A stretch of DNA of 64,000 bases from NCBI GenBank assembly GCA_900319375.1, contig ONOI01000003.1, forward strand, positions 783 through 64,782, in the 5' to 3' direction. The DNA comes from an uncultured Bacteroidales bacterium (GTDB taxonomy: Bacteria; Bacteroidota; Bacteroidia; Bacteroidales; UBA932). A program made the translations under genes and the position numbers. The notes beneath the pieces were generated by a model. The model worked only from the letters and a program-made list of their open reading frames with translations, was not told the origin of the DNA and ran no database searches. Below are positions 38,621-48,230 of the stretch, piece by piece (position 1 is the stretch's first letter; the number at the start of each line of letters is the position of its first letter).

Positions 38621-38628
38621 TAACTTTG
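38621..38628 (+). promoter_or_regulatory. -7 element (TAACTTTG) for the acyltransferase-to-GT2 operon
   Basis: Exact match 6 nt before ATG 38635. Confidence 0.55.
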
Positions 38629-38634
38629 GAGTCT

Positions 38635-39495
38635 ATGCGTGAAATGCTACCGATAAGTGAGATGGCGGCCGCCGTACCTCTGTTCAGAGGTCGGATCGGC
38701 GGCGCTCTTGCCCGCGCCTTCAAGAAGTTTACCCGCATGTCGAAAGTAGAGAAACTGGTCGACGATCACTCCGACGTTGAGGGTTGGAAATTCAGTCAGG
38801 ATGTGCTTGAAGAACTGGGAGTTGATTATGAGTTGGGAGGCCTTCCTCTCTCCGATCTTCCCAAGGGCGCATTCATTACAATCCACAACCATCCTTACGG
38901 AGGGGTAGACGGCTGCGCCCTGGTCAATATCTTCGGGAGAGTAGATCCCTCGTATAAGATAATGATCAACAAACTCCTCTCGCGCATCTGGCCCCTTGAA
39001 AGCAATTTCATTACTGTAGTCCCTACCGGAGAGAAGCGCGAGGCGGCTAAGGCGGAGAGCGTAAACGGAGTGAAGGAGAGTATACTTCAGATAAGAAGCG
39101 GACACCCTCTTGGAATCTTCCCTTCTGGCGCGGTATCTGACCTCGATCCAAAGGAAAAGTGTGTCCGGGACAGGGAGTGGCAGGAAGCTGCCCTTAAGCT
39201 GATAAAAAAACTTGGAGTCCCGATAGTCCCCGTACGTTTCTTTGACGGAAATTCCCGCTTCTATTATCGACTCGGGCTTATAGACTGGAAGGTACGTCTT
39301 CTGCGCCTCCCCTCGGAGATATTCAACAAAAATGGCAAGAGAATGAGGATAGGGATAGGTCAGGTAATCACCCCCGAAAAGCAGGCCGAATTATCGGACC
39401 TCAAGGAATTCGGAGCATATCTGAGGAGTAGCGTTTACGATATGCCTGAACCTGAGAATTACATACGTAGAAAAGAACTGCCCGAAAGAATATGA
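38635..39495 (+). CDS. Lysophospholipid acyltransferase family protein
   Basis: NHPYGGVDG (HX4D), IFPSG.VS, VPVRF.G.NS..YY. Confidence 0.85.
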   Translation: MREMLPISEMAAAVPLFRGRIGGALARAFKKFTRMSKVEKLVDDHSDVEGWKFSQDVLEELGVDYELGGLPLSDLPKGAFITIHNHPYGGVDGCALVNIFGRVDPSYKIMINKLLSRIWPLESNFITVVPTGEKREAAKAESVNGVKESILQIRSGHPLGIFPSGAVSDLDPKEKCVRDREWQEAALKLIKKLGVPIVPVRFFDGNSRFYYRLGLIDWKVRLLRLPSEIFNKNGKRMRIGIGQVITPEKQAELSDLKEFGAYLRSSVYDMPEPENYIRRKELPERI

Positions 39496-40133
39496 AAATA
39501 GGAGTACTTACAGCAATGGACAAGGAGTTCCGCCTCGTGTCGGAGCTTGCCGGATCAGAAGGTAATATAGTAGTAAGAGCTTCCGGAATCGGAAAGGTTA
39601 ACGCTGCAGTCGCAGCATACAAACTCATAGCCGAAGACGGGGTCGATGCCATCATCAACACCGGCTGCGCCGGGGGAGTGGATCCTACCGTAGGGATAGG
39701 AGATGTAGTGATCGGAAGCGCCTGCGCCTATCACGACGTATGGTGTGGAGTCGAGAACGAGGCTGGGCAGATTCAGGGCCTTCCAGTCCTTTTCGAAGCC
39801 GAACCTACCCTTCTTCGCAAGATAGCTGCTGAGTTCGGAGCCGATCCTAAAGTCCATATCGGTACTATCTGTACTGGCGACCAGTTCCTTACCAGCGCAG
39901 AGGACGACGCAAAGGTAAAGGCGGTCCGCCCGGATGCCCTTGCCTGCGATATGGAGGCTGCAGCTATCGCTCAGGTCTGCTATAAGCTGGGTGTTCCTTT
40001 CATAGCCTACAAGGTTATCAGCGACGTCCACTACGATGCAGACAAATCCTGCCAGATGTACGACGATTTCTGGAGCAATCTTGCCGACGAATCGTTCGGA
40101 ATCCTTAAAAGACTCTTTAAAGCCGTCAGATAA
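39492..40133 (+). CDS. mtnN: 5'-methylthioadenosine/S-adenosylhomocysteine nucleosidase
   Basis: KIGVLTAM..E, SGIGKVNAA, INTGCAGG, TGDQF, DMEAAAIAQ, ISD. Confidence 0.93.
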   Translation: MKIGVLTAMDKEFRLVSELAGSEGNIVVRASGIGKVNAAVAAYKLIAEDGVDAIINTGCAGGVDPTVGIGDVVIGSACAYHDVWCGVENEAGQIQGLPVLFEAEPTLLRKIAAEFGADPKVHIGTICTGDQFLTSAEDDAKVKAVRPDALACDMEAAAIAQVCYKLGVPFIAYKVISDVHYDADKSCQMYDDFWSNLADESFGILKRLFKAVR

Positions 40134-41572
40134 TGCACGAATTTCCGCTGGTCTGGTTTCTGGTTGCGTTCGTATCCTATACGGCGCTGCTGTTCCTTGT
40201 CTCGTACCTTACTTCGCGTGGGGCGGGCAGCGGATCGTTTTTCAGCGGCGACCGTAAGGCCCCATGGCCCGTCGTGGCCTATGGGATGGTAGGAGCGTCG
40301 ATTTCCGGAGTCAGCTTCATTTCGGTTCCCGGCAATGTCTGGGTCCAGAACTTCTTCTATATGCCGATGGTACTCGGCTTTGTAGTAGGCTATATAGTGA
40401 TTGCGAAGGCCCTGCTGCCGCTGTACTATCGTAAGAACCTGACTTCGATCTACACCTATCTGGGCGAACGCTTCGGCGACAAATCCGAGAAAACGGGAAC
40501 GGTCGTGTTCATGATCTCAAGACTACTCGGGGCTGCCGTCAGAATCTTCGTAGTAATCCTCGTTTTCCAGTCTTTCCTTCCCGGAAAGTGGGGAAGCGGG
40601 ACCCTTGAGTTTGCAGTGATAGCCGCCATCTTCTTGACTCTGCTATACCTATATACCTACAGGGGCGGAGTGAAGACTATAATCTGGACCGATGTCCTTC
40701 AGACTACTTTCATGCTTCTCGCAGTAGGCCTTACGATCCACTTTATCTCGAAGGAGATGGCTCTTAGCGGAAGCGCTCTTGTTGAGAGGGCTCGTACGTA
40801 TACAGCCTGGTTCGACTGGGACTGGTCCCACGGGACAAATGCCGTCAAGCAGTTCGTCTCCGGCATCTTCGTAACTATAGCGATGACCGGTCTCGACCAG
40901 TCGATGATGCAGAAGAACCTGGCTTGTAAAGACATAAAAGCAGCGCAGAAGAATATGTATACTACCGCCGGAATTATCGTGGCGGTGAATCTGTTCTTTC
41001 TTATGATGGGCGCCCTTCTCTGTGTCTACACAAATGGCCTGGGCGGGCTCGAGGCTCTCGGAATTTCGAAGACCGACCAGATTTACCCGACTATTGCCAG
41101 CCGCTATTTCAGCGTCGGCGCGGGCGTTATCTTTCTCATAGGCCTGATTTCAGCGGCCTACCCTTCGGCAGGAGCGGCCCTGACTTCGATCACTACCTCC
41201 GTCTGCGTAGATTTTCTCAAAACGGAAGACGTCCGCTCAAGAAAGCGGGTACATGCCCTTACGGCAGCCGTTTTCCTCGTCATAATAGTGATTCTGTACA
41301 TGGTCAGCAACGATGCCGTCATCAACCTGGTATACAAGCTGGCCTCGTATACCTACGGCCCGCTGCTCGGACTGTTCTTCTTCGGCATCCTTACAGAGCG
41401 CAGGCTTCGCGACGGTGCGGCGCCCTACATAGCTGTAGCGGCCCCTCTTCTCTGCTTCCTCCTCAATACGGCGGGTAAGCGCTGGCTCGGTTTCGACCTG
41501 GGCTTCAGCCTGCTTATAGTCAACGGCCTGCTTACCTACATCGGCCTCCTGATATTCAGTAAAAAGAAATGA
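40133..41572 (+). CDS. Sodium:solute symporter (SSS) family, candidate MurNAc-type amino-sugar importer
   Basis: MVGASISGVSFISVPG, YTY.GGVK.IIWTD..Q, TGLDQ.MMQK.L; coupled to murQ. Confidence 0.88.
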   Translation: MHEFPLVWFLVAFVSYTALLFLVSYLTSRGAGSGSFFSGDRKAPWPVVAYGMVGASISGVSFISVPGNVWVQNFFYMPMVLGFVVGYIVIAKALLPLYYRKNLTSIYTYLGERFGDKSEKTGTVVFMISRLLGAAVRIFVVILVFQSFLPGKWGSGTLEFAVIAAIFLTLLYLYTYRGGVKTIIWTDVLQTTFMLLAVGLTIHFISKEMALSGSALVERARTYTAWFDWDWSHGTNAVKQFVSGIFVTIAMTGLDQSMMQKNLACKDIKAAQKNMYTTAGIIVAVNLFFLMMGALLCVYTNGLGGLEALGISKTDQIYPTIASRYFSVGAGVIFLIGLISAAYPSAGAALTSITTSVCVDFLKTEDVRSRKRVHALTAAVFLVIIVILYMVSNDAVINLVYKLASYTYGPLLGLFFFGILTERRLRDGAAPYIAVAAPLLCFLLNTAGKRWLGFDLGFSLLIVNGLLTYIGLLIFSKKK

Positions 41573-42372
41573 AAGTAACCGAACAAGCCTCCCGCCACGA
41601 CGCTCTCGAGCGTATGTCTACCCGCGAACTCCTGGAAGGAATCAACGGGGAAGACAGGACTGTAGCCCAGGCTGTAGGAGGCGCGATCCCGCAGATCGAG
41701 AAGCTGGTCGACGGGATAGTCGCCCGAATGGAAAAGGGTGGCAGGGTCTTCTACGCAGGGTCCGGGACCAGCGGCAGGCTGGGCGTTCTGGACGCATCCG
41801 AGATACCGCCCACCTTCGGCGCTGATAAGGGGCTTTTTATCGGCGTCATCTCAGGAGGCGATACGGCCCTTCGCAATTCGGTTGAAGGAGCGGAAGACGA
41901 TCCCGACGGAGCATGGCGCGACCTTGCCCCGTACTCGCCCAGGCCTGTAGATACCCTGGTAGGCATAGCCGCATCCGGCAGCACCCCGTATGCCGTCGGG
42001 GCTATCAAGGCGGCGCGTGCGGCGGGGCTCCTAACCGCATGTATCACCTGCAACCCCGATTCGGCGGTGGCGGCAGCGGCGGAGGTGCCGATAGTGGCCG
42101 TCGTGGGCCCGGAATTTGTAACGGGAAGTACCCGCATGAAGGCCGGGACGGCTCAGAAAATGATCCTCAATATGATCTCGACCTCGGTCATGATCCGCCT
42201 GGGCCATGTCCGCGGAAACAAGATGATAGACATGCAGCTCGCGAACTCGAAACTGGTAGACCGCGGGACCCGTATGGTGATGGAGGAAACTGGGATAAAA
42301 GACTACGATAAAGCCCGGGCGTTGCTGCTCGAGTGCGGTTCCGTCCGCGCCGCGGTAGACAAGATAAAATAG
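41569..42372 (+). CDS. murQ: N-acetylmuramic acid 6-phosphate etherase
   Basis: [44 protein letters not shown]. Confidence 0.97.
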   Translation: MKVTEQASRHDALERMSTRELLEGINGEDRTVAQAVGGAIPQIEKLVDGIVARMEKGGRVFYAGSGTSGRLGVLDASEIPPTFGADKGLFIGVISGGDTALRNSVEGAEDDPDGAWRDLAPYSPRPVDTLVGIAASGSTPYAVGAIKAARAAGLLTACITCNPDSAVAAAAEVPIVAVVGPEFVTGSTRMKAGTAQKMILNMISTSVMIRLGHVRGNKMIDMQLANSKLVDRGTRMVMEETGIKDYDKARALLLECGSVRAAVDKIK

Positions 42373-45156
42373 ATGGAAGAGAAGATAATAATCCGGAACG
42401 CGACCGTCAACAACCTTAAACACGTGTCGGTAGAGATCCCGCGAGACAAGATCGTGGTGATTACCGGCGTGTCCGGATCCGGAAAGTCTTCTCTTGCTTT
42501 TGATACTCTTTTCGCAGAAGGACAAAGGCGCTTTGCCCAGAGCCTCTCGTCGTATGCCCGCCAGTTCCTCGGCAGGATGAACAAGCCCGATGTCGAATCG
42601 ATCGACGGCGTTCCTCCAGCAATCGCAATTGAGCAGAAGGTGACTGTCAAAAACCCTCGCTCAACAGTTGCAACTACAACCGAGATTTACGATTTCCTTC
42701 GCCTCGTTTTCGCAAGAATAGGAAAGACCTACAGCCCCATTTCCGGCGGCCTGGTCCATTCAGATTCCGTAGCGGATGTTCTCAAATACCTTGACGGCGC
42801 CCAGGGAACGGTAATGATACTTGCCCCGATAAAGTGGGGCGAAGACTGGGTCTCGACCCTGCTCGGACTTAAAGAAGAGGGTTTCAGCCGCCTCTACGTA
42901 GGCGGAAAGCCCGTGAAAATAGACGAAACGCTCCAGGGCGGGCAGCAGCCGGAAGGCGCAAAGTTGCTCGTAGACCGTTTCAGCGACCGCTCCGACCGCG
43001 CGAGGCTCATCTCCTCGCTGGGAGACGCATTCAAGGCCGGCGACGGCGCCATGTCCGTCATTACTGAGGAGGGCGAGCGCGAGTTCTCCGACCGTTTCGA
43101 ACTGGACGGCATCAAGTTCCGCCAGCCGGATGAGTTCCTCTTCAGTTTCAACAGCCCCCTCGGGGCATGCCCGGTCTGCGGCGGTCTTGGAAAGATAATC
43201 GGAATCAGCGAGGACCTGGTAATCCCGGATAAGACAAAAAGCATCTACGACGGAGCAATAGCCTGCTGGCGCGGCGAGAAGATGGCCTGGTTCAAGGACC
43301 ACATGGTCGAGGTCTCGGCTAAGTACGGTCTGGATATCTTTACCCCGTATATCAAGCTGGACGAGCGCTCGAAGCGTCTTATATGGGAAGGCGATCCGCC
43401 CGCACCAGGAGACTCTTACGACTCCAATCCAGAGCGCCTGATCGGCCTTAATGAATTCTTCGACTGGGTTGAGACCCAGCGCTACAAGATACAGTACAAG
43501 TATATGCTCAGCCGCTTCAGCGGCAAGACTATCTGCCACGCATGCCACGGCAGCCGCCTTCGCCCGGAAGCCCTCTATGTCAAGGTGGCCGGCAAAACAA
43601 TCCACGACCTCCTGTCGATGACAGTTGAGGAGAGCATAGCCTTCTTCCAGACGATAGACCTTAGCCCCGAAGACCGCGAGGTAGTAAACGAGCCCCTGTT
43701 CGAAGTCCTCAGCCGCCTGCAGTGTCTGGAGGATGTAGGACTGGGCTACCTTACCCTCAGCCGCGCGATGAACACCCTTTCGGGTGGAGAGAGCCAGAGG
43801 GTGAACCTCGTTACCGCCCTCGGCAGTTCGCTCGTCGGCTCCATGTACATCCTCGACGAGCCCTCGATCGGCCTACATCCGCGCGACACCGAACGCCTTA
43901 TCGGCGTACTTAAGCGCCTCCGCGACCTCGGCAACACGGTCATAGTCGTCGAACACGACGAGGAGATAATCCGCGCCGCGGACGTCCTTATCGACATGGG
44001 ACCGTTTGCCGGCTCGCGCGGAGGCGAGATAGTCTTCGAAGGCCGGTACTCCGACTCCCTGCCTGAGGAAAAGTTCTCACGGTCGCTTACCCTGCAATAC
44101 CTGAGCGGCCGTAAGACCCGCTATGTCAGGGAGAAACGTCCATGGACCTACAGCATCACGGTCCAGGGCGCGATGGAGCATAACCTGAAGACGATAGATG
44201 TCCGGATCCCGCTGGGCGTCCTTACCGTAGTCAGCGGCGTGTCCGGTTCGGGAAAGTCGACCCTCGTTGGCGATATCTTCTATCCAGCCCTCTACCGCCA
44301 CATAAACGAAGCAGGCGATCCGCCCGGGGCGTTCAAGGGCCTTACGGGCAACCTCGACCGCATTACGCGCGTAGAATACGTAGACCAGAACCCGATAGGG
44401 AAGAGCTCCCGCTCGAATCCCGTAACATACCTGAAGGTCTACGACCTTATCCGCAAGCTCCTTTCCGACCAGCAGTACGCCAAAGTAAGCGGCTTCGGCC
44501 CTTCGTTCTTCTCGTTCAACCAGGAAGGAGGCCGCTGCCCGGAGTGTCAGGGAGAGGGCGTAGTGACTATCGAGATGCAGTTTATGTCGGATGTAAAGAT
44601 GGTCTGCGAGTCCTGCGGAGGAAAGCGTTTCAAACCCGAGATACTAGAGGTGCGCTACCGCGGAAAGAATGTAGACGATATCCTGAATATGAGCGTGTCC
44701 GAGGCAATTGAGTTCTTCTCAGAAGGGCCTGAACCGGAGGCTAAGGAGATAGCTCAGAAACTTCAGCCGCTGGTAGACGTAGGTCTCGAATATCTTAAAC
44801 TGGCCCAGAGTTCGTCTACCCTTTCCGGAGGCGAGAGCCAGCGTATCAAACTGGCCTACTTCCTTGCGATGAGCCGCGAAAAGAGCGGACGCGAAAAGAT
44901 AATGTTCATCTTCGACGAGCCTACTACCGGACTTCATTTCAGCGATGTGGAACGCCTTCTGAAGGCTTTCGACGCCCTTTTGGAGCGCGGCCACAGCGTG
45001 CTTGTCGTAGAACACAATACGGATGTCATCAAGGCGGCGGACTGGGTAATAGACCTCGGTCCTGATGCCGGAGACCGCGGAGGCGAAGTAGTCTTCGCAG
45101 GAACTCCAGAAGACCTTGCAAAAACAGACACCTATACAGCAAAGTATATAAAATGA
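42373..45156 (+). CDS. uvrA: Excinuclease ABC subunit A
   Basis: Two ABC modules ([25 protein letters not shown]), zinc fingers, [15 protein letters not shown]. Confidence 0.97.
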   Translation: MEEKIIIRNATVNNLKHVSVEIPRDKIVVITGVSGSGKSSLAFDTLFAEGQRRFAQSLSSYARQFLGRMNKPDVESIDGVPPAIAIEQKVTVKNPRSTVATTTEIYDFLRLVFARIGKTYSPISGGLVHSDSVADVLKYLDGAQGTVMILAPIKWGEDWVSTLLGLKEEGFSRLYVGGKPVKIDETLQGGQQPEGAKLLVDRFSDRSDRARLISSLGDAFKAGDGAMSVITEEGEREFSDRFELDGIKFRQPDEFLFSFNSPLGACPVCGGLGKIIGISEDLVIPDKTKSIYDGAIACWRGEKMAWFKDHMVEVSAKYGLDIFTPYIKLDERSKRLIWEGDPPAPGDSYDSNPERLIGLNEFFDWVETQRYKIQYKYMLSRFSGKTICHACHGSRLRPEALYVKVAGKTIHDLLSMTVEESIAFFQTIDLSPEDREVVNEPLFEVLSRLQCLEDVGLGYLTLSRAMNTLSGGESQRVNLVTALGSSLVGSMYILDEPSIGLHPRDTERLIGVLKRLRDLGNTVIVVEHDEEIIRAADVLIDMGPFAGSRGGEIVFEGRYSDSLPEEKFSRSLTLQYLSGRKTRYVREKRPWTYSITVQGAMEHNLKTIDVRIPLGVLTVVSGVSGSGKSTLVGDIFYPALYRHINEAGDPPGAFKGLTGNLDRITRVEYVDQNPIGKSSRSNPVTYLKVYDLIRKLLSDQQYAKVSGFGPSFFSFNQEGGRCPECQGEGVVTIEMQFMSDVKMVCESCGGKRFKPEILEVRYRGKNVDDILNMSVSEAIEFFSEGPEPEAKEIAQKLQPLVDVGLEYLKLAQSSSTLSGGESQRIKLAYFLAMSREKSGREKIMFIFDEPTTGLHFSDVERLLKAFDALLERGHSVLVVEHNTDVIKAADWVIDLGPDAGDRGGEVVFAGTPEDLAKTDTYTAKYIK

Positions 45157-45956
45157 TAGATGCAGTTATCACTTACGTAAACGGGTCGGACCCGGAGTGG
45201 AAGAAGCAGTATGCTGCGGTAGCGGGAAAAGAGCCTTCAAGGCGTTACCGCGACTGGGGAATGCTGGAGTGGCAGGTTGGCAATATCCGCCGTTTCCTTC
45301 CCTTTATAGACAAGATATTCCTTGTCGTAGCCCTTCCTTCCCAGGTTCCCGCAGGACTTGAAGACAAGGTCGAGGTAGTCCTCCACAAAGACTTCATCCC
45401 GGAGCAGTATCTGCCTACCTTCAACTGCAATACTATCGAGATGTACCTTTACAGGATAAAGGGTATGAGCGATAAGTATCTGTATATCAACGACGACTGT
45501 ATCCCGGTCGCCCCGGGAAGCGAAGACGAGTTCTTTGTCGGGGACAAGATCTGCAGGGGCTTTGCCAAGCACCTTTTCTATCCCAATATGTTCAAGAAGA
45601 TAGTCCGAAAGACGGATAGGGTAGCCCGTAAGGCGGCAGGTCTTTCGCCATGTCCTATCTTTATCCGTCCCCAGCATTCTCCTTCGCCTCAGGTAAAGTC
45701 TGTAGGAGAGGAAATAATGAGTAAGGTAGAAGGGGATTTACTCTCATCGCTGAGTACATTCAGAAGGGAGTACAATGTCTGCAACTACGTCCTTCCGGAT
45801 TATATGTATCATACAGGAAAGGTGATACTTCAGGCCCAATTGGACGCTTTTCTCCAGAATCCTGACCGTAAGTGGATTTGTATCAATGATGTGGATATGA
45901 CTCCGGCCCGCGAGGAAGAATTCCGCAAGGTTATCGCCAAATACGCCTCCAAATGA
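45153..45956 (+). CDS. Stealth family hexose-1-phosphate transferase
   Basis: CR1 [15 protein letters not shown]; CR2 RYRDWG, H.DFIP..YLPTFN..TIE, YLYINDD. Confidence 0.9.
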   Translation: MIDAVITYVNGSDPEWKKQYAAVAGKEPSRRYRDWGMLEWQVGNIRRFLPFIDKIFLVVALPSQVPAGLEDKVEVVLHKDFIPEQYLPTFNCNTIEMYLYRIKGMSDKYLYINDDCIPVAPGSEDEFFVGDKICRGFAKHLFYPNMFKKIVRKTDRVARKAAGLSPCPIFIRPQHSPSPQVKSVGEEIMSKVEGDLLSSLSTFRREYNVCNYVLPDYMYHTGKVILQAQLDAFLQNPDRKWICINDVDMTPAREEEFRKVIAKYASK

Positions 45957-46789
45957 CAACCGTAAGTCTGATAGTTCCTATCTATAAGGTTGAGAAATAT
46001 ATAGAGCAGTGCGCCCGCAGTGTTCTGGGCCAGAGCTGGCCTTCGATTCAGTTCATATTTGTAGACGACTGCAGCCCGGACAGCAGCATCGATATCCTCG
46101 AGTCTCTGATCGAGCGCGAGTTCGCCTCTCTCAAGGACCGTATCCAGATCATACGTAAGCCCGTGAACGAAGGTCTGCCCCAGGCCCGCAAGAGCGGCAT
46201 CGCGGCAGCGACCGGGGATTACATTCTCCATGTCGACGCGGACGACTGGATCGAGCCTGACGCCGTCGAAAAGCTGGCCCTCAAGGCCGGGGAGACGGGG
46301 GCGGACGTGGTCTATTTCTTCGCCTGGAAGGAGTTCGGAGACGGCCGTTCGAGGGTGATTACAGACAAGGAGTTCGCGACCCCGCAGGATTTTGCGGATG
46401 CCGTCCTGGTCCACGACGCACACCCGAGCGTGGTCCTGAAATTCTGGCGGCGTACGCTCTTCAGCCCGGAGATTTTCTTCCCGCGCTATGGCCAGGCCGA
46501 GGACATGGTCCAGAGCCTGCAGCTGCTCGACCGTGCGAAGAAGGCAGTCCGGCTGCCCGAGCCGCTGTATCACTATCGCCGTTCGGATTCGGACGCGATG
46601 AGCCGCGGGAAACGCGCCCGCAAGAAGTCCCACCAGCTGCGCAACTACCTCGATCTCTACCGCTTCTACCGCGACTCGATCGAGACTTCGCCCATACGCC
46701 GCACGTGGCGTAAGATACTGCGCAAGGCCCGCCTGTGGGCCCTGCTCTACGATCGCAGCGCGATCAAGGATTATCCGGAATTGTTTTAG
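45953..46789 (+). CDS. Glycosyltransferase family 2
   Basis: SLIVPIYKVE.YIEQC, VDDCSPD, N.GL..AR..G, HVDADD, ED. Confidence 0.95.
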   Translation: MTTVSLIVPIYKVEKYIEQCARSVLGQSWPSIQFIFVDDCSPDSSIDILESLIEREFASLKDRIQIIRKPVNEGLPQARKSGIAAATGDYILHVDADDWIEPDAVEKLALKAGETGADVVYFFAWKEFGDGRSRVITDKEFATPQDFADAVLVHDAHPSVVLKFWRRTLFSPEIFFPRYGQAEDMVQSLQLLDRAKKAVRLPEPLYHYRRSDSDAMSRGKRARKKSHQLRNYLDLYRFYRDSIETSPIRRTWRKILRKARLWALLYDRSAIKDYPELF

Positions 46790-47559
46790 AGGGCCCAGAC
46801 CTCGCCCCCATGTCCGCCGCGTTCGCTGACTGGCGGGGGAGTCATGTAGTCCGGCCCATACATCTGCGTCAGATACGAGTCCGTGTCCTCGGGGGCTGGG
46901 AACAGACGGCCGCGCAGGCTCAGCGGCTTGAGGTGGTCGAAAAAGTCTTTGGGGTGGACATTGCGCGCCGATTTGCTGCCCATGAGGATAGCGATGCGCG
47001 AGCAGTCTTCGGCCTTATAGCTGCGGGCGAGGCGGTCGCAACGCCCGAGCCACCAGTCGAGGCTGTGGAAATGGGAATCGAGAAGGAGAAGCGGGGATCC
47101 GGTCTTGCGGCTGCGGTAGAGCAGACGTCTGTGGGCATGGATGCTCTTCCTTACGAGGGAGTTGAATGCTGCCTCGTCGTCGGGAACGGGGTCGAGAGGG
47201 AAGATGTCGACGCTTACGCCGTAGTGTGAGATATACTTGCTGCGGCTGGCTACAAACTTGTCCGTTGCCGGGTCGTGGACCTTGGCTACTCCGGCGACGT
47301 AGAAAACGTCCTTTCTGCGGGTGTTGAGTATACACTCGTATTTTCCTTTGTATGTAGCTACGAAACGGTCGAAATCTTCGCGCGGCATTACTATGTCTGC
47401 ATCATCGTCCCAGGGGATGAAGTCTCCGTAGCGGACTGCGCCGAGGACTGTCCCGTAGCCCATCGACCAGCGAAGGCCTTCCTTACGGCAGAAATCGTCT
47501 ATGTCGCAGAGTATAGAAAAGAGTATATCGTGGACCTCGTCTATTCCTATCTGTCTCAT
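46786..47559 (-). CDS. LicD family phosphotransferase (copy A)
   Basis: YGTVLGAVRYGDFIPWDDDADIVMPREDF, VDIFPLD, YLTQMYG.DYMTPPP. Confidence 0.93.
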   Translation of the reverse strand: MRQIGIDEVHDILFSILCDIDDFCRKEGLRWSMGYGTVLGAVRYGDFIPWDDDADIVMPREDFDRFVATYKGKYECILNTRRKDVFYVAGVAKVHDPATDKFVASRSKYISHYGVSVDIFPLDPVPDDEAAFNSLVRKSIHAHRRLLYRSRKTGSPLLLLDSHFHSLDWWLGRCDRLARSYKAEDCSRIAILMGSKSARNVHPKDFFDHLKPLSLRGRLFPAPEDTDSYLTQMYGPDYMTPPPVSERGGHGGEVWAL

Positions 47560-48230
47560 TGTACGGTCTTTACAGCAAGTTTTTCCGGCCTTTCAACATT
47601 GCCCGACACTCCGGGGCGGGGGTAGACGAAGGTAGGGTCCGGGGTGCGCCAGTCAAGTCCATAGCGGGCTACTACGAAACCCTCGGCGCTCTTCGTAACA
47701 GGAATCTCAATCCCGTCGAAGGGCATCATCTCGGTTTCTTTCGAGAACGGGACCTCGAACTCTACTACCCTCAGTCCTCCGTAGAGTTTGTTGGACTCGC
47801 GGTAGTTGGCAGTTCCCTTGAAGGGATAGAACATATAGCCTTTGCAGCGTTCGCCTTCTATAGTATCGAAGAAGAAGATGTCTACGTGGAGCCCATGCCA
47901 TTTCCATGTCTCCTCGCGCGCGAACTGTCCGCCGTCGACCAGAAGGGAGTGGGCATAGGTAAAGCCGGCCTCTTCGAGGCAGCGGTGGAGGTTTTCGAGC
48001 CCGCCCGGGATGGCGTCGTTCCATACGCCGGTATCGATGTCGTCGTCGTGGGGGATGAAGCCCTTTTCGCGGATGGCCCCGAGCAGGGTCCCATATACGG
48101 GCGACCATGGAATTCCGGCCTTTTTCATAGCATCCCTGAAGGCTATCATCGCCGGGAGGCCGTAGCGCTTACGGCGCCTGATGCGGCGGGGATTGGAGTA
48201 GATTTTCTTCCAGAATTGGGAAAGTGTCAT
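47556..48230 (-). CDS. LicD family phosphotransferase (copy B)
   Basis: Likely ATG at 48230 (ATGA overlap); GTLLGAIREKGFIPHDDDID, VDIFFF, RYG.DW.TP. Confidence 0.88.
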   Translation of the reverse strand: MTLSQFWKKIYSNPRRIRRRKRYGLPAMIAFRDAMKKAGIPWSPVYGTLLGAIREKGFIPHDDDIDTGVWNDAIPGGLENLHRCLEEAGFTYAHSLLVDGGQFAREETWKWHGLHVDIFFFDTIEGERCKGYMFYPFKGTANYRESNKLYGGLRVVEFEVPFSKETEMMPFDGIEIPVTKSAEGFVVARYGLDWRTPDPTFVYPRPGVSGNVERPEKLAVKTVQ

